Below are positions 27,513 through 32,000 of a DNA stretch of 32,000 nt, piece after piece. Numbering within the stretch: the first letter of the stretch is position 1; each line of letters starts with the position of its first letter. The position numbers were made by a program, and so were the translations under genes. The notes under the pieces were generated by a model. The model had not been told where the DNA came from. It searched no databases and saw only the letters and a list, made by a program, of their open reading frames with translations. This DNA is from Candidatus Saccharimonas aalborgensis (GTDB lineage: Bacteria > Patescibacteriota > Saccharimonadia > Saccharimonadales > Saccharimonadaceae): positions 360,001 through 392,000 of the forward strand of contig NC_021219.1 of assembly GCF_000392435.1 (NCBI RefSeq), given 5' to 3'.

Positions 27513-28733
27513 TTACCGTGCAGAGCGCCACACGAACAGCATGATGAGTTCGTAGACGGCAGCAACTACAAACATACACTCCATACCGTGGCGATCACCA
27601 AGCCCAGACACAAATAGGGCAAACAACGTACTACCTAGTGCTGCGCCGAAATTGAGCATCATTTCGATATACATCAAGTAGGTGATGCGAAAGCCCGAGT
27701 CATCGGCCACGTCAAAGACTGCCCTAGTAAACGGCATTGCGTAGGCGCTCGTCGCAATCTCATTTGCAATATTCACCCCCATGACCGCTGAAGGAGAGGC
27801 TGTAAAGGGACGGAAGAGATGGATCATACTATTTGCGATGGTGCCCGCTGTGAGCAATATGCCACCTTTATGCCTATCGACAATCTGACCGAATGTCCAA
27901 GAGGCAACCAGTGAGATGAGAACGCCAAGAGAAGCAAGACTACCAAGCGTCGCATAAATCCCCTCCCCCATTCCCGAAAATATTACTGTGGTCGTAAACA
28001 ACAGCCACACTGTACCGCTAACGACAAAGTCAAAGCCGACCACAGTTTCTGCTATAAGTGTTGGCAGGGCGAGACGCCACGGGAAACCCGATAGTCGAAG
28101 CGTGGTGCGTGTTCGGGTCGGTTCAACTGATCGAAAGAGTGGAAAAGCAGCCAAGATAAACAGTACGCAAGCAACAATAATCGTAGCCTGAGGAGAATAA
28201 AGACTAGCAATAGTTCCACCAACCACTGGACTAATAATCTTGGCTGTTTTCTCCATGATCTGCATCGTACCGATTTCTTTGCCGGCGTGCTCGCTATGTT
28301 TTACCTTGCTGAAATCGATGGTATAGCAGAGATCATAAAGTGTTGCCGCCATCTGCTGGAAAAACCCAAACAATACGATGGCGACAATTGCTTGCTGAGA
28401 TGGCAAGACGGCGACAAGAGCAAAAGCAATCAGCGAAGGGATGCGTAATATATTCGCCAACAGAATACCATGCTTTGGTCCGAAATAAGCAGCATATTTG
28501 GCTGCAATAACTGCGAATGGAACCTTAAAGGCATACCATGCGGCATAAAACCACGCAATAAACTGAATGGAGTAACCTAACTTATAGAGGTAGACGGCAG
28601 CAAAGAGATTGACGATGTTGACAGCAAAGACCATGATGAGTCGCGACGTATACAGTTCTGCAATCTCATCAAATGAAACGCTGCGCCAATAGTGACGCGG
28701 CCTAAAGAAACGATGGATAAAACGCTGTAACAT
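27513..28733 (-). CDS. Major facilitator superfamily transporter
   Basis: Polytopic ORF of about 400 aa with an internal pattern typical of MFS permeases. Confidence 0.8.
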   Translation of the reverse strand: MLQRFIHRFFRPRHYWRSVSFDEIAELYTSRLIMVFAVNIVNLFAAVYLYKLGYSIQFIAWFYAAWYAFKVPFAVIAAKYAAYFGPKHGILLANILRIPSLIAFALVAVLPSQQAIVAIVLFGFFQQMAATLYDLCYTIDFSKVKHSEHAGKEIGTMQIMEKTAKIISPVVGGTIASLYSPQATIIVACVLFILAAFPLFRSVEPTRTRTTLRLSGFPWRLALPTLIAETVVGFDFVVSGTVWLLFTTTVIFSGMGEGIYATLGSLASLGVLISLVASWTFGQIVDRHKGGILLTAGTIANSMIHLFRPFTASPSAVMGVNIANEIATSAYAMPFTRAVFDVADDSGFRITYLMYIEMMLNFGAALGSTLFALFVSGLGDRHGMECMFVVAAVYELIMLFVWRSAR

Positions 28734-28800
28734 ATGGTCTGTTTATTTGATCAATGGTTGTCGTCAGTATATCACAATCAGCTCATGCTATACTACCTGC

Positions 28801-30060
28801 ATGAACATCTACTTTTCGGGCATCGGCGGCGTTGGGCTAGGACCGCTCGCAGAAATCGCTCGCGATGCTGGACATGGAGTATTCGGCTCGGACACGACCG
28901 AAAGTCTTACGACTGACGAATTGCTGCGTCAAAATATCCCATTTAGTACTGACCAATCTGGCGATTTCCTCACGCGGTGTCACGAACAAAAAAAGATTGA
29001 CTGGTTTGTCTATACGGCAGCGCTCGCTGATGACCACCCTGAGCTCATCATGGCCCGAAAGCTAGGTATCCCAATGAGCAAACGTGATGAGCTACTGACA
29101 CAAATCATAAAGGAAAAAAATCTCAAACTTATTGCAGTCGCGGGAACACACGGAAAAACGTCGACTACCGCATTGATGGTGTGGGTTTTGAACCAGCTAG
29201 GTGTCCCTATCAGCTATTCTGCCGGGAGCACGATTAGTTTTGGTCCAAGCGGGTTTTTTGATCCAGCGAGTTCCTATTTTGTCTACGAATGTGACGAGTA
29301 TGATCGAAACTTTTTGCACTTTCGCCCCTTCCTTACCCTGCTTACCTCTGTCGATTTCGATCATCCAGATACCTATCCCACCCAACGCGACTATGTAGAT
29401 GCCTTCTCGACATTTCTCGCTCAGTCGAATCAAGCTATCATGTGGCGGCGCGACACAGTTATCAATATTGTCCCGACTAAACGCTCCTGGATACTTGATG
29501 ACCGCGAAATTATTCCTTTTCAGGTGGCTGGCGAACACAACCGTGCAAACTCAACGCTCGTAGCGAAGGCCTGTGAGTTTTTGGGGCTAGGGGACGCTGA
29601 ACAGGTCAAAAGTGCTATAGAATCCTTCCCCGGCGCTTCCAGGCGATTTGAGAAACTGGCAGATAATCTCTATAGCGATTACGGCCACCACCCCGTCGAA
29701 GTTGCAGCGACACTCCAGCTTGCGAGAGAGCTTAACGATCACGTAGTGCTTGTCTATCAGCCGCATCAGAATACTCGCCAACATCAAGTGAGAAGCGGCT
29801 ATACCACTTGTATGCAGTTGGCAGAAACAATTTTCTGGCTCCCCACCTACCAATCGAGAGAAAATATGCTTCTCCCCATTCTCACTCCCGAGCAGCTCAC
29901 TGGGCGGCTCGTCAACCGAGGTGCTGTCCATTATGCTTCGCTTGATGAAACGTTATGGGGTCATATACAGCAGGCACGACAATTAAACAAACTCGTTCTT
30001 TGCATGGGAGCGGGCACTATCGATCACTGGGTGAGAGAGATGCTCGCTAGCTCTCCTTAA
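28801..30060 (+). CDS. murC: UDP-N-acetylmuramate--L-alanine ligase
   Basis: MNIYFSGIGGVGLGPLAEIARDAGHGVFGSD, VAGTHGKTSTTALMVWVL and YGHHPVEVAATL. Start immediately follows an extended -10. Confidence 0.85.
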   Translation: MNIYFSGIGGVGLGPLAEIARDAGHGVFGSDTTESLTTDELLRQNIPFSTDQSGDFLTRCHEQKKIDWFVYTAALADDHPELIMARKLGIPMSKRDELLTQIIKEKNLKLIAVAGTHGKTSTTALMVWVLNQLGVPISYSAGSTISFGPSGFFDPASSYFVYECDEYDRNFLHFRPFLTLLTSVDFDHPDTYPTQRDYVDAFSTFLAQSNQAIMWRRDTVINIVPTKRSWILDDREIIPFQVAGEHNRANSTLVAKACEFLGLGDAEQVKSAIESFPGASRRFEKLADNLYSDYGHHPVEVAATLQLARELNDHVVLVYQPHQNTRQHQVRSGYTTCMQLAETIFWLPTYQSRENMLLPILTPEQLTGRLVNRGAVHYASLDETLWGHIQQARQLNKLVLCMGAGTIDHWVREMLASSP

Positions 30061-30809
30061 GTCGCCTGCTCAGTGAACTCCTCAAAAAAGAAATCATCAC
30101 CAAAAAACGCTCTTGTCACTATCTGTTCAACAGCCGGCGCTAGTGGAATCTGTGACATGGCAAGTGGTTCGATCCATTGTAAGTTGCTGGTTGCAACAAT
30201 GGCGTCAGTTTCGATACGGATAACGTGTAAAAGTATTTTTGATTCTACTATCTGTCTCTTTCCACCGTTAATCTTGATTAATTCACCTTCGACCATGTGA
30301 CCTCCGGGAGGTTCATCGCGATGTTCGTCAGTTTCTGCAAGTACCGTCACATAGCAATCACCAACATGTCGCAAAACATGCGGGTCAAATCTAAAAGAAT
30401 CATAACAAATACGACGCGCCGCTAACTCAATAGAATAGTCATCCGCTAAGATGTCTCCCGACGGCAACTCCCACCGATTGATACCTGGCTGTATATCACG
30501 TTTGCGAACAAGAAGCTTCCCGTAGCCATCTTGTATAATAAACGCCGCCTTGGTGATAGCCCTTGCAGATAATTCAGGATGATTTTGACTTGCTCGGAAA
30601 ATATAGCCACATCCTTTTTGAGTCAAATAGTACGTATTTCTGTTTTTTCTTATAAAATCGTTTTCGACGAGAACTTTCAGATGATACGTAAAGAGATTGG
30701 TAGCAACTTTTTGAGGTTTCATATCTATAAAGTGAGCTGATTCGTGCGTCGATAAGTACGTAACAATATAGTGTTGAATAGGGTGTTTTGGAGAGACTAA
30801 CTTACTCAT
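30057..30809 (-). CDS. N-terminal winged-helix-like domain fused to a degenerate Nudix domain
   Basis: LFTYHLKVLVENDFIRKNRNTYYLTQKGCGYI followed by KAAFIIQDGYGKLLVRKRDIQPGINRWELPSGDILADDYSIELAARRICYDSF. Confidence 0.7.
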   Translation of the reverse strand: MSKLVSPKHPIQHYIVTYLSTHESAHFIDMKPQKVATNLFTYHLKVLVENDFIRKNRNTYYLTQKGCGYIFRASQNHPELSARAITKAAFIIQDGYGKLLVRKRDIQPGINRWELPSGDILADDYSIELAARRICYDSFRFDPHVLRHVGDCYVTVLAETDEHRDEPPGGHMVEGELIKINGGKRQIVESKILLHVIRIETDAIVATSNLQWIEPLAMSQIPLAPAVEQIVTRAFFGDDFFFEEFTEQAT

Positions 30810-30904
30810 AGATTGACTCAAAATTATTTCATTACTAATTTTTATCATACGTAAACACACTCATTTTGAAAAGCATTTGATAGAAATATACGGAATAACT
30901 GCTC

Positions 30905-31465
30905 CTAGCGAGCTATTTTTTCGGTACTAAAGTGCCCCGCCGGTACTGGTTCCCATGCGGTCAAAAACTCATCGAAGGCCTTTAGGTGGGTCGTGCGAAT
31001 ATTTGAAAAAACTTGTGAGTCAGAGAGCTGTTCAATCTCGCTACGAGATAGCCAGCGAATGTCTTGTGATTCATCTGCGGCCAACGGAAGTGTTGGCTCC
31101 GAATGTGTCGTAAAAAGATATACCGTATCGGTGTGCCAATGATCTGGAGTATTTGCGTTCATATGTGTATCTAGGAAAAACGGTTGCGGATGAATGGTGA
31201 TGTCATCGATCCCTTCCTGATGTATTCTTAGCGGTGGCTGGAGGACATACAGATCCTTAATATCATAGCCAGCTTCCTCTGCAATCTCATGAATAACTGC
31301 ATCCCATGGTGATTCATCCAGCTCAACATGACCACCGACACAAATGAGTGTGGCAAGTTTTTTGTGCATATGCAGGAGAGCCTTTGGCTCCTTGCCATCG
31401 ACTCGAATGATATGTGCGGCGACTGTCATGTCATGCTGACCAGGATTGGTATGTATATGGGCCAT
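30905..31465 (-). CDS. Nudix hydrolase
   Basis: GGHVELDESPWDAVIHEIAEEAGYDI Nudix box. Confidence 0.88.
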   Translation of the reverse strand: MAHIHTNPGQHDMTVAAHIIRVDGKEPKALLHMHKKLATLICVGGHVELDESPWDAVIHEIAEEAGYDIKDLYVLQPPLRIHQEGIDDITIHPQPFFLDTHMNANTPDHWHTDTVYLFTTHSEPTLPLAADESQDIRWLSRSEIEQLSDSQVFSNIRTTHLKAFDEFLTAWEPVPAGHFSTEKIAR

Positions 31466-31469
31466 ATAG

Positions 31470-32000
31470 CTATTGTACCTCACCGTGTACCAACCTAGCG
31501 GAGAGATAGTGCACCTTTCTTCCCTCTCCCAGCCAGCGCTGCTCGTAGGTTGTCATAGTATAAGCATCGTCGTCGGACAATGAAGCATGAAGATCATTAG
31601 TTTCAGTAACAATACGCCAACCATTGTCAACGAGCTGCTGCTTACTCCATTCGAAAAACTCTTGATTGTCATGCTTAAGATGGAGTAGGCCCGTCGGGAT
31701 GAGAAGCCGTTGGTAGCATTTCAGAAATGTGGCGTGCGTAAGTCGACGCCCCTCACTACGTTTTTTTGGAAATGGATCAGGGAAGGTTATCCATAACTCC
31801 CTCACGCTGTGTGCATTCAGTAGGTCGCCGATTTGATCAGCTCTCGCACGAATGAAACTGACGTTTGGGATGTTATTTTCGAGTGCATAGTACGCGCCTT
31901 TTTGAAGTCGATCACCCTTGACATCAATTGCAATTACTCTTGCCCTAGGATGGCGACGAGCAATTTGCGCACTAAACAGTCCGGTACCTGCACCCACCTC
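31470..32000 (-). CDS. trmB: tRNA (guanine-N7)-methyltransferase TrmB, N-terminus beyond the window
   Basis: EVGAGTGLFSAQIARRHP...ELWITFPDPFPKKRSEGRRLTHATFLKCYQRLL. Confidence 0.93.
   Translation of the reverse strand, partial: EVGAGTGLFSAQIARRHPRARVIAIDVKGDRLQKGAYYALENNIPNVSFIRARADQIGDLLNAHSVRELWITFPDPFPKKRSEGRRLTHATFLKCYQRLLIPTGLLHLKHDNQEFFEWSKQQLVDNGWRIVTETNDLHASLSDDDAYTMTTYEQRWLGEGRKVHYLSARLVHGEVQ

Noticed and set aside
29197-29931. Minus-strand ORFs inside murC
   Set aside because: Fully contained in a well-supported Mur ligase gene.

Overview
This 32 kb window looks like a Candidate Phyla Radiation chromosome, most likely Saccharibacteria; that assignment is inferred from gene content only. 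Recognisable core genes include the dnaK start, grpE, hrcA, adk, lepA, murJ, ftsH, tilS, an ABC-2 transporter, murC and trmB. The most interesting region is a compact 4,551-bp integrative element at 14557-19107. It has split an elongator tRNA-Met(CAT) gene in its anticodon loop: the 5' half is at 14514-14556 and the 3' half at 19097-19141. The two halves share an exact 11-bp core, CTCATAAGCCT. The element encodes a tyrosine recombinase, an AlpA/excisionase-like HTH protein, four small cargo proteins, a complete replacement tRNA-Met(CAT) with an unusual T-loop, and a candidate structured RNA. It also has matched arm-type repeats near both ends. The att core lies inside the 3' end of the integrase ORF. 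By direct translation, the integrated form ends ...LMSPTL*, with the stop supplied by the host tRNA D-arm, whereas the reconstructed circle would encode a C-terminus about 37 residues longer than the integrated one. Other items of interest are a flavoprotein that has lost its redox cysteines and sits next to a lone ATP-cone protein, an HTH-degenerate-Nudix protein, a YunG-like/nucleotidase fusion, a truncated copy of the initiator tRNA 3' end, and probable leaderless promoters.
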